NCBI GenBank assembly: GCA_013265495.1
Contig: MU058423.1
Span: 8,727,627-8,791,626 of the forward strand
Source: Vicugna vicugna
Taxonomy: Eukaryota
Direction of reading: 5' to 3'
Length of the DNA: 64,000 nt
In this document: piece after piece, positions 1-13,371 of the stretch
Layout of the letters: every line of letters starts with the position of its first letter
Numbering within the stretch: position 1 is the stretch's first letter
Notes under the pieces: generated by a model
Database searches by the model: none
Seen by the model: only the letters and a program-made list of their open reading frames with translations
What the model was told of the DNA's origin: nothing
Position numbers and translations under genes: made by a program

Positions 1-1679
1 CACCACTGGCCCTCTATGTCAGGGTGTGCTGCCGAGAGTTTCTGCTCATACAGGAAGAAACAGCTTGGATTCTTATGAAAGTGTTCATTTTGAAGTCATT
101 TCACCTTCCTATACAAATCTTTATTTAGATTTCTTAATAAACGAGAGAGTCAATGTTAGACCTTTCTAAAAAATTCTGTCAAATCCCTATCATGGACATA
201 AGTGTGACCCTCAAATCTTTTCCTTCTGATAGCCTCAACCTCTTTTGGCTCAAATTTAACTTTGTTTCAGAGGAACTTGGATCATAGCAGACTATTTTAT
301 ATACTATGTAGGCAACCACTCTTCATGATTATTAATTTGTTCCTGCATTGAAATCTACAAGCACCATTCAGAAAACTGTGGTAATACCAACAAATGGAGA
401 ATAGTCAACACATTGATTACAAAACCAGATCAGCTCTACCTTTATGAGACGGGGCCAAGAGTTGCTTCTTGCTAAGTGGTCTTTTGCATATCGTGCCACT
501 AAAAGAAAGGCAGGGAAGGAAGTAACATTCATTGAGTGCCACATGCCAAACACTCTGCAAACATTTCACACAGGTGAACTGGAAGTTCATGATCACAGGA
601 GGGTGTGAACTCTTCATAACAACGAGAATGGGGGATTCCTTAACCCACGGGTGCTATGGACTTTACAGAGTCTTGTCCAGTCAGAGGGAAATTTCTTTAG
701 AGATGACTGGAAGGGGTTGAGCAGCTAAGTTTAAAAGACTTTCCTGTCTTGAATAATTATTGGTCTAACTCACAAGTGTATTTTCTCAATTGCTGCTTCC
801 TGCACTCTTAGCTTTGCCCTATCTCTGTCTTATTAAGTGTTTAAAACAGCTTGTGAATAATTCATTTGTCTGTTTCTGCAGTGCTGTTTAGCTGCTCCCT
901 GGGGGTGAGATGTCTCCTGGGCTGCAGCTCAGTTCTTATGCTGGCCATTGTCCTGCTTGGGCTGCCCGCCCTTCTCACTATTTCAAAGATCCCTGGCGAT
1001 AGTCCTGGTTGGCTCCTGGCTTCATACCTGCCAACTCTTGCTGATTCCTCCCACACGTTTCAAATCCCGGCCAGTCCTGGACCTCCAGCTAGTACCACCT
1101 TGTTTGGTTTCCCATTCTTGCCTAACACCCCCCTAGATCCGATACCCAGGAATGTGACTGACAAAGGCACATACGGTGGTCCATATCTATGGCTCTCTGT
1201 ACAGTTAAACTGAACGGATCACATTGACCAAAAGTTATAACCAGGATGATTCCAGAAATTATTCTTTCCACTGGCCTGTAGATCTAGGCCTAAAAATGAA
1301 ATCAAAGAGTATTCACATGGTTGATCCTGAAAACCAACAAAGAGTTGCAGGAGAATCCAGATCTGCTTGGTCTATTTTCTTGAGGAATAGCGTCTAATGA
1401 TTTGACAACAAAATAAGGAATTATGTGTCAAAATCATTTTTTGATGTTGGATAAGTAATGTAGATAAAGTAAAATAATAAATAAAGCGATGTTATATAAG
1501 ATACAAAATAATCAGAAATCTCTGATTTTCTGATGACAGAATGGACTTAATACAGTGCTAGTTACCTGCTATTTAGTTTCTTTCCTGATTTCAATAAATT
1601 AATATTTTAAAAAAGTTTTTTTTTTGTAAAAGGGTTGACAATTCCTGCATGAGAGGAAAATGATTGCAAGCTGATTAAA

Positions 1680-2191
1680 TGTAGTTTATCTCCCAAATGG
1701 CTGTCATCAGTTCTTTCCCTCCTTCTATGTGTATGTCACACCTCCACATCTAAAGATAGAGCCTGTCCCTTCACCATCTGGAATCTGGGCTCTCCCCTGA
1801 GGGCTTCAACCAACAGAATGTGGTAGAAATGGCATTGTGTCAGTTTTGGGTTTGGGCTTTGTGCGGACTGGAAGTTTCCATGTCCTGCCTCTTGGAGCCC
1901 TGAGCTGCTGTGACAGAAGTTCAAGCTACTTTGTTAGACAGAAAGACCACTTGGAGGAGCACAGAAATGCCAGACATGTGACAAAGAAGCCATCTTGGTC
2001 ACCCAGCCCAGCTGCACCTTCACAGGTCCAACTCAGCAGCACTACGGCTGTAAATACACGAGGGACCCCAAGTGAAGTCTGCCCAGATGCACTCAGTCAA
2101 CTGACAAGACTAGGAAAGATAATAATAAATTTCTGTCTTAAGCCACTAACTGTGGACATGTTTGATCGTATAGCTGTAGATAACTAAGACA
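1680..2191 (+). mobile_element. MaLR solo LTR (MLT1G/H-like)
   Basis: TG...ACA ends; typical MLT1 motifs 'accaacagaatgtggtagaa' and 'aataaatttctgtcttaagccactaa...gataactaagaca'. Confidence 0.75.
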
Positions 2192-2959
2192 AATGAGTCC
2201 CAGGGTGCAGGTTAAGGCGAGAATCCAAACCAAGTACTTCCCATTAAAAAAATGTATCTCTGAATTTCCCTCTCCACTTTCAACTCAGCTGGCCTTTCTC
2301 CAGTTGTTTCATCCATAAATTTAGTAATGAATGCAAATTATTGCTGTTAAACCTAAAGTTTTATGTATGCATATATGTATATGTAAATCTTAAAATTTGT
2401 TTGTGAATTTACTATATAAATACACACAATTCACAGAAGCTACTGGAACATCACAAAGTCAGGATGGTAGAATGAATGGTGGGGAATCCCAATGGAGATC
2501 ACCAAATTTCACATATTTGGTGATTTATTGGGCAACAAGCATGTACCATCTGATCTATGCTCTTATTCTTTTTCCATAAAAGGATACTCATGGAAGTCAT
2601 TCTATGGCCCACTAAAAATACCCAATATGATCATTTGCTCTCTGGCTTCCTAGAGAAAATGTCCTGCTGATAATTTGTTATCTGACTTCCAAAAGAAATT
2701 AATCCTCTGTCATAGTTAAGAGACCTTTCCAGCCCCCAAAAAATAGAAATAAAAAGCTTCCTAGGTCCACAGTTTGATTTCTGAACATCAAATCGTTCTT
2801 TCTGTTGAAACTCTCTGGCTCTGTATCCTAATTTCAGTAACTGGACCTCAGATTTGCTTTTTTTGTCCAAAAATAGAGTGTGTGTTATGTGCAGGAAAAA
2901 AAATAGCCAATATATCTTACATTTAAGCATACTGGGCATTTTTCTATGTGCTTCTAGGT

Positions 2960-3965
2960 CATCTCCTAAGCCAAGGATATAAGTACTTTTCTTCTCCTCA
3001 GTTCTCTGCATCTCAGCAGATGTCACCCGTGTCCATCCAGTTGCTTATCCCTTAACCCAAGTGAAATTTCTGATGCCTCTCTTCCCTCTATACTTGGAAT
3101 CACCTCCATTATGGAGACCTGTCATACTGATCTGTAAAACCACTGAATTTTATACTTTAAATGCACACAATTAAACAAAAGGATAAGGCATATGAATTAT
3201 ACCTCAATAAAACTATTACTTAAACATTAAAACTCCATCTAGACTCTTCCCACCTCTTCTTACCACCACTGCTGTCATCCTTATCCAAGCTTGCATCTTC
3301 TCTTGCCTGGATAGCTGTAGCAGCTTCCAGATCGGTCTCCCTGCTTCAAGTCTTGCCCTTTTATGGTCTGTTTTCATGTAGCAGGCAGAGCCATCCTCTA
3401 AAAACATAATCCCTGATATGTTGCTTTCTTGGTCCAAACCCATCCAACAGTTTCCCATCACACTGAAAAGAACAGCCTTCAAGGCCCCATGTGATATGGC
3501 CTCTCTTTCCAACTTCACATCCACTGCTCTCCACCTGCTCCTTTTACTCCTGCCCAGAACATGCTCTTCCTAAAACACGTCAAGATCATTCTCGTCTCAA
3601 GAATGAATAGTCTTGGCATTGGCTGTTCACTCTACATAGGATTTGCTTCCTCCAGATCTTTCAGGTCTTTGCTTTGGTGTTCTCTCATCAGAGACCTTCC
3701 AAGGCAGTTCTCTATAAAATAGCAGTCCCCCCCACACCTTCTCCTCCACCATTTATTCTTTGTCTCTTTAACCTGTTTCATTTTTCCTTTATAACACTCA
3801 TCATTACATGACATTACACAAATATTGTTACTGGTTCACAGCGACATAGTCTCCGTGAGTGCAGATGCCAGCACTTAGAATAGGACCTGCCACAAGGCAG
3901 GTGCTCATTAACATTGTGGAATGTTGCATGAGTGTAAATGATGAAAGAAAGAACAAAGAAATGAA
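2960..3965 (+). mobile_element. LINE L2 3' portion, with a short L1M 3'-end fragment inserted at ~3130-3215
   Basis: L2 motifs 'cttctcttgcctggatagctgtagcagcttcc' and 'ggtgctcattaacattgtggaatg', plus a degenerate (tgaa)n-like tail; L1 end 'atatgaattatacctcaataaaact'. Confidence 0.75.
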
Positions 3966-4479
3966 TATTACAAATGTCCCTCTTTGCTAAGTTCACCAGT
4001 TCTTCCTGCCTGAGGACACCATTCTCACATCACAGACAGCAGCCCAGTGTAACGTGATTATGCTCTGGTTGGGTCTTATTTCCCCCAGAGCTTTGTGGGT
4101 TGCAAAAGCCCTAGTCGCCTTGGAGAAATACCAGCAATCTCAAACTGGTAGGAAGAAAAGGCTTCTCTCATGCCCTCATGAAAGGCCTCCAGTGCTCTTC
4201 ACCCACTGAAATGACACTTGGACCATTAGTGAGCTCCAGGCAACAAACACATTTTCCCAAAATCATCCATCCTGCAGCCCAATAATATAGTCCCCACACC
4301 ATTTATTGCATGTGAATACATGGCCCTTGGTGGACACTGAATATGTAAAAATAAATGCAATAGTCACTTAGAAGATCTCTTCTCCTTCTCTTGGCTAGTT
4401 TTATATGCATGGTTTTAAAAAATCCTGATTTTTCAATAGCACATAATTATTTTTAAATTTCAAAGAATGAACATTTCTT

Positions 4480-5850
4480 ATCCTCTTCTCTGGCAAGAGC
4501 TACCTTGAACTCTCTCCTTCCCATTGACGGCTTCCTCTCTTAGTGCATAGTCTCCTCCTGCCCTCCACACATGGAGAGTGTCCGTCTTCATTTCGGAGGC
4601 TCGCCCACTCACTGTACTCTTGATTCCACCCCTCTGACTACCTCTCCATCATTCAATATCTATGATTTTCATTAACAAATATCTCTAAAGGACATCCCTA
4701 TTATTGACTGAAGTTGTTTCCTTACCCATCACCACTGATCTCTTCCACTAAGCCCGTGTCACTTTCTACTTTCTCTTCCTCCTGGCGCTCTCTGAAGTAT
4801 TTGAGAGATTTCCTCTCTCCTCCTCAGACCCTCATCTGCGTCAGCTTAGTGCTCTGACGCTACTCTGTCCCCCGCTCCTCCTCCTGCAAGTGCTCCTGAG
4901 TCTCCCTCCCAGACTTATCTTCATCTTCACACACCCTGCAGGTGGGGATCCCCCAAGGCTCTGCCTCTCAGCCATTTTCCCCTTTGATAGTCTCACCTGC
5001 ATCCACGGTTTCAACTCTTCCCTCTTTAGGGGGTCCCACATGTCTACATCTTCGATCACAACCACAGTCCTAAACTCTATTTCCATAGCCATCTGCCTGC
5101 TAAACATTTCTATCTGAAATCCCTCAAACTCTGTGTAGCGAAAATAAAACTTACTATTTTCCCATTCTACAAGTCAGCTCTTTCTTATTTTTCTAATTCC
5201 ATTAATGACACCACCACTATTTGATCATCTTCAACTCCTCTCTCTCTCTCTCTCTCCCCTCACACTTTGCTCCTCAAACTGGTCAGTTTTCAAGCTTTGT
5301 TGATTGTCTTTGCAAGTTGCCTATATATATTCTGTCCTGTTCATTATACTTGTCGCTGCCCTGGTTCTCCTTTTAGTATCTCCTGCCTAAACGCTTCAAG
5401 TTGTCTTATAACTGTCTTCAGCTTCTCTCCAACCCCTTCTTCTTCAATTAGCTTCCAAAACTGGCTGACCGTTGCCTGCTGAATGGGCTCTAAATTCTTT
5501 AGTCTAGAATTCAACACACTATTTCCCTTTATGTGGCATCTTACTCTCCACCGAAAGTGTGCTATTCACTTTTTTCCTGAGTCCACCTTTTGTCTGAGCA
5601 CCTTCATATGTTTCCTGATACTCTATTCACTGAGTCCAACTTTCCCCCATTTCCTCCTCAAAAAATCCTACTTTCGATGCCCAGTCTAAAGGGTACATCC
5701 TCTTTAAGCCTCCTACAACTAATCTCAGTCAACAGAAGTCTCTCCTTCCTCTTACATCTATAACATGTTGCTTACACTTCATTTTTTAAGTTGTAGTTGT
5801 GTCTAGCTTACTTCCTCAACTATATTTTAAGCTTCTTGAAAATAAGGATG
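4480..5850 (+). mobile_element. LINE L2 (RT region to 3' part), decayed
   Basis: Pyrimidine-rich strand; 'ggggatcccccaaggctctgcctctcagcc' (~4944) resembles the RT GVPQGSVLGP motif; the L2 3' end resumes at ~6526-6600. Confidence 0.7.
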
Positions 5851-5855
5851 ACTTC

Positions 5856-6228
5856 TGTGTTAGATTATATTATTATTCTCAAATATTCACTGTCTTCTTT
5901 GTGGGAGAATCATACTTGTCTGCCCTTCATGGGAGGTTTAGCTACATGACTGGCTTTGGCCAATTAAATTTGAGCAGAAGTGATACATGCCACTTCTGGT
6001 CCATCGTGTGCTTCTGCCGTCTCTTTTGTCCCCCTGCCACAAGATAGGCTGGTCCCAATTAGTAGCTGCTCCTCCTACCCACATGGCAGAATGAGAAAGA
6101 TGGGAAGTAGAGTTGTACCTAACTCACAATGGACATTAACATAGATGTGAAGTAAACCATTGCGTTGTGAGCTACTGAATTCTAAGGGATGTTTGTTAAG
6201 GCAGCATAACTTAGCTTACACTAAATCA
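5856..6228 (+). mobile_element. MaLR solo LTR (MLT1I/J-like) with 5-bp TSD
   Basis: Motifs 'ctttggccaattaaatttgagcagaagtgatacatgccacttc' and 'tgtttgttaaggcagcataac'; exact TSD ACTTC at 5851-5855 and 6229-6233. Confidence 0.8.
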
Positions 6229-6234
6229 ACTTCT

Positions 6235-6525
6235 TTTTCAATTCAACAAATATTCAGTCATTCACTCCACAATCCCGAGAATATACCTTAGGCCAAGACA
6301 ACTTTAAGTACCATGAAAATTACAGACGTTAGTAAAGCATTATGTCTGCCTTCAATTTTCTTTGTTCTGAATAGTAGGATAAGACATGTTCTCAGTTTGC
6401 TATGATACAACGCAAATGTCATAAATCTATTTGGAGACATGCCTACAATAGCCACTAGGTTGCAGGAAAGGGAGATATAAACTTACACAGGAGGAATCAG
6501 AAAAAATTTCATGAAGGAAGTATCA
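6235..6525 (-). mobile_element. L2 3' fragment
   Basis: 'attcaacaaatatt' start and 'ggaatcagaaaaaatttcatgaaggaagt', typical of antisense L2. Confidence 0.55.
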
Positions 6526-7699
6526 TTTGTGTCTTGCACCATGCCTAGCTGACAGGAGGTTTTAAAGATGTGCCGAATAAAGCAATAAATGAATTAATAA
6601 TAAAACAGAAATGCATGGACCGCTAGTTGTAGTCAATAAAGGCTGACATTTCTGTGTTAATTAAATCACTTAATTTGCCACTTCAGGAAGAGTGAAATGT
6701 TTCAGGGCAAATGCTAACGGCACTTAAGAAACTGTGAGTGGCTGAATTTGCTTTAACTGGACCCTTTGATGAAAGAAATCTTACTCATCGACACTGGCAT
6801 CTTTCAAGCTCCAATTATTTCTGGTTAGTCATGTGGCTTTTCATATGATCCGCTGCTTTTGCCAGGCTGCTTAGGCAAGTTTATCTCACAGTTAGCAACC
6901 AAAGAGTTCCTATTTTCAGTTTTATCCTTGATGGGAAGTACCCAGACCTTCGTGGCTGGTACTTCCGAGTTCATTAGGGCTGGGAGAACTCAGTCCAGGG
7001 GTCAGCAAGGCAAGTACCAGTTCCCACGGTGGGCAAGCAGAGTCGCCCTAAATAGCCCAGAACAGAGTTTCTAGAAGAACTCTTTCCCTCCGTAACTCTA
7101 ACACATTCAAATGATAAATGTCGTTTTCCTGGGTTAATAAATTACAAATCCCGGCATCAGTTAAATGGCTTAATCACACACCCAGAGCCACAGACAGGAA
7201 AATGCTGAGTTCAGGAAAGCACGAGGGCCATCAATGAATGCTTGCCCTAGCTTTCCTCTAACCTAGACTGGGCCATAGAGCCAAGTTCCATCTCTAAGAT
7301 CTCTTCGGCTCTGAAATCCTGTGCTTCTATGAAATTATGCATATTCGAAAAGATTTGCCTCTGGGAAGTGGACTGCCTACTCTCACTGACCATTTTTCCA
7401 AATGACAGTGGGATTTAGGGTCCTTCCCCCACCCCCATGGTCTTCCCAACTAAGCAAGGTAAGCAGGTTTCATGAAACGCTAGCCCCAGCGGTGACCATG
7501 GGGCGACAATAGAACACTCACATGCCAATGCCTGAATCCATGTGCCCCGCACTGGGATGGCAGCTTTCGGTAGTGCTAACACTGGGACAGACGTTTGGAA
7601 GAGGGCTCCCCTTTCTAGGAGAGACCATTCTCTAACGACGAAGACAATATGCCAAGGGTGCTGAGGCCACGACAGATTCTGAGGGAACAGTGTCACACT

Positions 7700-7885
7700 C
7701 TCCACAGCTGAAACCTGAGCTCAACAGCACAGTCATTCCTGACTTCGGACAAGTTGCTGACTCTCCGTACTTCACTTTTCACATCCGTATGTCAGCTGCC
7801 TTGCATGGCGATAACGAGGTTATTTTGTGGATGTGAGAGTTCCCGGAGCCCCGCAGGCATGCACGTGAACTTAATGTGTGTTAAC
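7700..7885 (+). mobile_element. MIR SINE
   Basis: Core-like 'gacttcggacaagttgctgactctccgtacttcacttttcacatccgta'. Confidence 0.55.
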
Positions 7886-8989
7886 CGTCTTCCTCTCCAG
7901 AGGCCCCCTCAGCCCATTTCAGTTCCTATCTTGAATATTATTTCATTAACTTTCTTTTTCTTTATCTTTTAGTTGAACATTGCTTTCATGTATGTTTAAT
8001 ATGCTTCACAATAAGCTGAGATACCACACACACACACAAAATTCCCTAATCCAGGGTGAAAATCAGTGCCAAGTCATCTGGCGTAGAACCCACTTCTACT
8101 TTCAGGCTTATGGACAAAATTTGAGATCTCTCTTCGTCCCACAAAAACTCCTTCAGCCCATCACAACGTAGTTTTAAAATTCCCTAAATACTAACCAGAG
8201 CTGTCTCCTGGCTCGTTTCTGATACTTACCCCAGAAGCTCCCATTCTGGAAGCTGACAGTCTTATCTTGCCCCAGCTCCTTCCCGACTACCCAACTCACT
8301 CAAATTCCTGGATCCACCCAGGGCTCACCTTGGCTTCCACCAACAAATTCTTCTTTCCCCGGCCCACTCTGACAACTCTGAAGAATAGCAATCACCCCTT
8401 CTCACAGATGAAATGAATGGAAGGGGATTTCATACCCTTTCTTTTTTCACTTTGTCTCTATCCTTCAGTATTTTCAGGCATCAGATTGGCTGTGTGTTTT
8501 GCAACTAAGCAACGTTCAGTTTACAGAGGCGGAAACTGAAGGACAGGGAGATGAATGATTTACTCAGTGCCGAGGAGTTACCAGCAAAGGTCAATGTTAG
8601 AACTGAGCTCCCTGCCTTTTCTTGATAGCAGGGCGCTCAGTGCAGGGAAGGCTGTTCATAATCATTTCTTCAATAAGTGTTTACATGAATGAAAGCTCCA
8701 TTTCCTCCACTGTGGACTGAGCTTGACATTAACTGTTCTCTGAAATAGGTGCAATCTATTGTCTTCAGGATCAAGTGCTGAGATATTATTAGGAGACCAG
8801 ATGTCTGTGGTTAGCTCTGCTGCTTCAGTTTGAGACTTAGTAATGCTCACACAATACACACACGCAAAGATACAACTTTCAGATATTTCATGAGCTAAGA
8901 CAGAAAACAAAAAAACGAAAGTGGTTATTAGAGTCTCATCTCATCCTATGATGAGACAGAGGAAGCAAAATGATCATGTCATAGATCAG

Positions 8990-9195
8990 AGCACTAGTGT
9001 TATAATTTATTGCATGCTTTCATAAGCCTTAGCTCATTTGAACCTTATATCAACTGCATGGCAGTGGTAGCACAGACATTATCACCTCTGTTCAGCCTTC
9101 GGAAAGTTGAAAACTCAAAGAATATAAGTGAATTTTCCCAGGTTACAATCTTAATAAGTAGTGGGACCAAAACTTAGTAAGTGGTGGAACCAAAA
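8990..9195 (-). mobile_element. MIR SINE
   Basis: 'aagtgaattttcccaggttaca...taagtagtgggaccaa' resembles the antisense MIR core. Confidence 0.5.
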
Positions 9196-9859
9196 CCAAT
9201 AAATCTCATGTCTTCTTTCTCTAGATGAAAATGAGTCATTCTCGTGCTGTCAATCATCAGTCATAAAGCATTTAGCCCTTGATGCTGAGTATGGCTTTTT
9301 TTAAATAGGTATATTCTACCTTTCCTCTTAAGACCCCTGAGGGCAGGGCTGTGTCATATTCATATTTGATCCCCTATGTCTATGATGAGTTTCTCTCAAA
9401 AATAATGACACTTGGTAACAATAATATTATTTTAATGGATAAAAATAACATTTTTAAGAAACAGCAGCTATATTTAGCAAGTTGGCTCTTCCAAGATATG
9501 AACTAGCTAGTCCCCAGGTCACACTAACCAAGCAAAATGGAAAAGTTTATTTCTTAATGCTTGTCCCATCAACTTTGAGCAAACTTTCATATGAGGGAAG
9601 TCTGTTCCTTTAAGAGAAGTTGTTTTAATCTCTGACTGTGCCTTGTTCTGGTGTCCCCAAAAGACCCCTGATTTGCCAAGTGATGAAAAAAGCGTTCTCT
9701 CCTGAGCTCTAAGATTAGAAATATTATCTCCTCCCCTCAGATTTTTTCCTTATAACCCGTTGGAAAAGGTTTCCCTGTTACCATTCGGGGGCTGGTTTCA
9801 GCCAAAAAGCTGCTTTGTGTTTTCAGAATACAGGGTATGTTTGCATAACAATCTTCATC

Positions 9860-10110
9860 AGTAATGCAGATAGTATTTATGGAATGCTCAGTGTGTGCCG
9901 TACTTTTTATGCATTACTTCATTTAACTCAACTGTTTTAACTCAGTTAAGGTCTCATGTTTTCATAGGAAACCTTTGGCATAGAGAATATTACTATTCTA
10001 CTGAGAATAACAATTTAATTAAGGAGACGGTCTTAAAGATCACATAGCAAGTAAACAGTGAAAGTGAGATTTGATCCCAGGTCTCCCTGAATTTGGAATT
10101 TCACAACTAT
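9860..10110 (-). mobile_element. MIR SINE
   Basis: 'atttatggaatgctcagtgtgtgcc' ... 'atcacatagcaagtaaacagtgaaagtgagatttgatcccaggtct'. Confidence 0.6.
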
Positions 10111-10269
10111 GCTGTAAGTTTCTGTTGCTATTGACGGTGGCAGATGGGCCTCACAACAGTGGGAGATAGCCTCAGTTTCCTTTGGAATACCTGAAGGATC
10201 AGTTTATCAACTGAGAGAGCAAAAAATTTAATTCATAAACACACCTAATCCTTTACGTAAAGGTTTTTT

Positions 10270-11042
10270 TACTTCAACAATCTCTGTAATAGTATACGAA
10301 ACTGCAATAAGATACCACCTCACACTCATTAGGATAGCTATTATTTAAAAAAAAAAAGAAAATAACAAATGTTGGTGAGTATGTAGAGTAATTGGAACCC
10401 TCATGCACTGTTGATGGGACTGTTAATGGTAGACAATGTAGAAAACAGTATGATGGTTCCTCAAAAAATTAAAAATAGGAACTACCATAGATCCAGCAAT
10501 TTCACTTCTGGGTATTATACCCAAAAGCACTGACAGCATCATCTCAAAGTGGCATTTGTACACCCCTGTTCACATCAGCATTATTCACAGCAGCTAAAAT
10601 ATAGATGCAACCCAAGTGTCCGTTGACTGATAAATGGTATATATGTGCAATGGAATATTAATCAACCATAAAAAGGAGGGAAATTCTGACACATGCTATA
10701 ACGTGGGTGAACACTGAAGACATTATGTTAAATAAGTCGGTCACGAAAAGAACAATACTGTGTGATTCCACTTACGTGAGATACTTAGAGTAGACAAAAT
10801 CATAGAGACAGAAAGTAGGACGGAGATTGCCAGGGGTTAGATGGCAGGGCAGAACGTGGAGTTCTTGCTCACTGGGTAACTGAGCTTTGGTTGTACAAAA
10901 TTAAAGAGTTCTGGAGAAGGATGGTAGTGATGGTTGCACATTAGGAACATATTTAATACCACTGAACTGTACACTTAAAAATGGTTAAGATGGTCAATTT
11001 TATGTTATGCATATTTTACCACAATAAAAAACTGAGAAAAAA
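10270..11042 (+). mobile_element. L1MB-type LINE 3' end (ORF2 C-terminus remnant and 3'UTR)
   Basis: 'gataccacctcacactcattaggatagctatt', 'gatccagcaatttcacttctgggtat'; ends 'aatggttaagatggtcaattttatgttatgcatattttaccacaataaaaa'. Confidence 0.9.
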
Positions 11043-12234
11043 TTGAGGCTGAGTAATTGTCAATTTATGGTCATTGTGAACAACCAATCCAAAGGTGTTA
11101 GGTTAAAAAGTAGCATTATTTTCACACAATAAAAATTAAACAAGAAACAAGAGAGTTATATTCAGAAAGGGGCAGCTTGCTTTTCGTATACCTGCAACCG
11201 AGAATGTGGCCTGTGATTAAAAGGTAATCCAGACGCACAGGACCTCTGAGGAAGCAATTGCTGTGTGGGGAGGGAGGTCTGCAGACCGGATGGCTCAGTC
11301 ATCATGGTACGGAAGGCAGTCTCTCAAGAACATGTAAACGAGATGAAGAGCTCTCTCAGAAGGTTACAGCAAATGTGCACCAGCCCTCTGTGTTCTCTGT
11401 CTAGGGTCATTTCACTTGTAATGATTCATCTTAATCTTTAAAATTCTGGGAAGCATACACTACATCAGGCAGGAAGTACCAGGTTTCTAAGCTGCCAGAC
11501 TTTAATATAAGAAAGAAATCCTTTCTAGATGACCACATCTCAAGTCAGAAAACAGCAGGACAGAGTGCAGAGTTATACATGGATTGTTTATTCAAAAAAT
11601 CCCTAATAACTAACAGAGCGAAGACTGGATTTAGGAAGCTAAATTGAAAACTTATTTTGATGACCTTCAGAAAGGACACAAAAATTTATCCTAAGTTTTA
11701 TCATATTTGCTTTTTGAAACAAAATTCATTCACTTAACAGGACTGGTTGTTAGGCCTTCACTTCTGCTAGTATCTCTGGGAGATATTCCCTGTCATTTCC
11801 ACAGATTCTGGTCTTATTTCCAACAGTAAAGGGATTTGGTGGGTCATGTATCTCTAGAATTCTTTCTGTAGTTTGTTCCATGTTATTCATGTCCGCTCTC
11901 CTACTCTGTCACTCTGACCCACTTGCCCACCTTAATGAATGGAAATGCCTTGTTCTGATGCAGCTCAGTTTAAGCCACGAAGCTCCAGACCACAGGCAAC
12001 TGGACCATTCAGGGGCCAAGCCTGTGACTTCCCTATTAGTAGCATCATATCCTTCTTCTTATAACGCGCGCTAAGTCCTACAGGTACCGGAGGTCTTTAA
12101 GAAACACGGTGTCACTGCAACAACTGTGTGCCAGCGATAAGCCCACAGATGCGGAGATCCGCAAATACCTAGGAAGTTACTGCACAAACTAATTGAACAA
12201 CAGATGAAAATTTTGCTCTACTGTTGGTTCTACC

Positions 12235-12480
12235 TTTCATTCATTCATTTATTTATGCATTCAGCAAGTAACTGTTGAATGGCTGCTATGTGCTGGCCAC
12301 TAGAAGTATCACAGTGAACAAGACAAATGTGTTTCCTGCAGTCACAGAATTTACAATCTAGTGAAAGGAAGGTACAGAGAAGTTGAGCAGAACCTCACAG
12401 TACCTCGTACTAATGCTATTAAAAGAGGAGACTTACAGTGCACTGTTGAGATCACAAAGGAGGGGCAATTAATGTAGTTG

Positions 12481-12514
<34 letters not shown>

Positions 12515-12660
12515 AGGCCAGTCCCCAAGGGCTCCCAGAATTAACTCATAGTTGATATTTAACATACGAGTTTTAGTGAGAGAGCGGTGTGGGGGTGGGA
12601 AGAGGAGGGACCAGCATGAACAAAGACACAGAGGCTGGAAAGAACATACCATTAATTCCA
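12235..12660 (-). mobile_element. L2 3' end
   Basis: (ttca)n tail followed by 'gctatgtgctggccactag...agtgaacaagacaaatgtgtttcctgc'. Confidence 0.7.
12483..12512. repeat. (GT)15 microsatellite
   Basis: Directly visible perfect dinucleotide run. Confidence 0.97.
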
Positions 12661-13371
12661 TCGTGTTTTGACAATCTTTGCATGTTTTCTTTTCTTCTCT
12701 GTGACAGAAGGCAGTGTCATGGCCAAATAATTGGGCAAGGTCGTATCTGGACTTGCTGAAAGCTGCCGCCCATAAAAGTTGTTTTCTCTGTTTATAATGG
12801 TTAACGGTTTGAATATGTCATTTACTGCATTCCCACTTAAAAATGTGACCAACTGGCAGACAGGGTCTGTAGATCATTGTATTTCCGAGAACCCAGGGCA
12901 GCATTCTGTACACATTGGAAGCTTAAGAAATCCTTGTGCTAAACAAATACATAAACAGCAGAGAAAGGTCAGCACCCAAGCTGGAACTCCCAGAATTTTC
13001 AAGGGAGTGGCAATGTTTATCCAACAAGGCTTTTTAGCCAGCATACTTGCTTAAGTTTCAACTTTAGGAGCTGAGTCACAAAGATCCTCGTTAAATTATA
13101 CCTTGGCAATCCGAATAGTCGCTGCCCCTCTGACTTGAGTTAGTTGACTCAATTGGTCAAGGAGGCCAGAATCAGGAGCTTCATGTCCCGTGAATGGTTA
13201 GGAAGCCTCAGAGAGAGAAAGACCATGCTTTAGTCTCACACATCAGCCACACCACATGACAGCTGGCCAGGCCGAGGGAAAGAGCATTGCATTCAGCGTG
13301 GGTGGGGCCCATGTGATGGGCTAGGCGCTGTACCAGGTGCTGTTGACATGAACATAAATAAGAAGTAGTTC

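Noticed and set aside
866..1213. 115-aa ORF with a hydrophobic N-terminus
   Set aside because: Non-ATG start, no recognisable family and no splice support; possibly a very old LTR remnant that I cannot assign.
6648..6665. 14-mer ttctgtgttaatta shared with ~55868
   Set aside because: Several AT-rich 14-mer matches are expected by chance in 64 kb.
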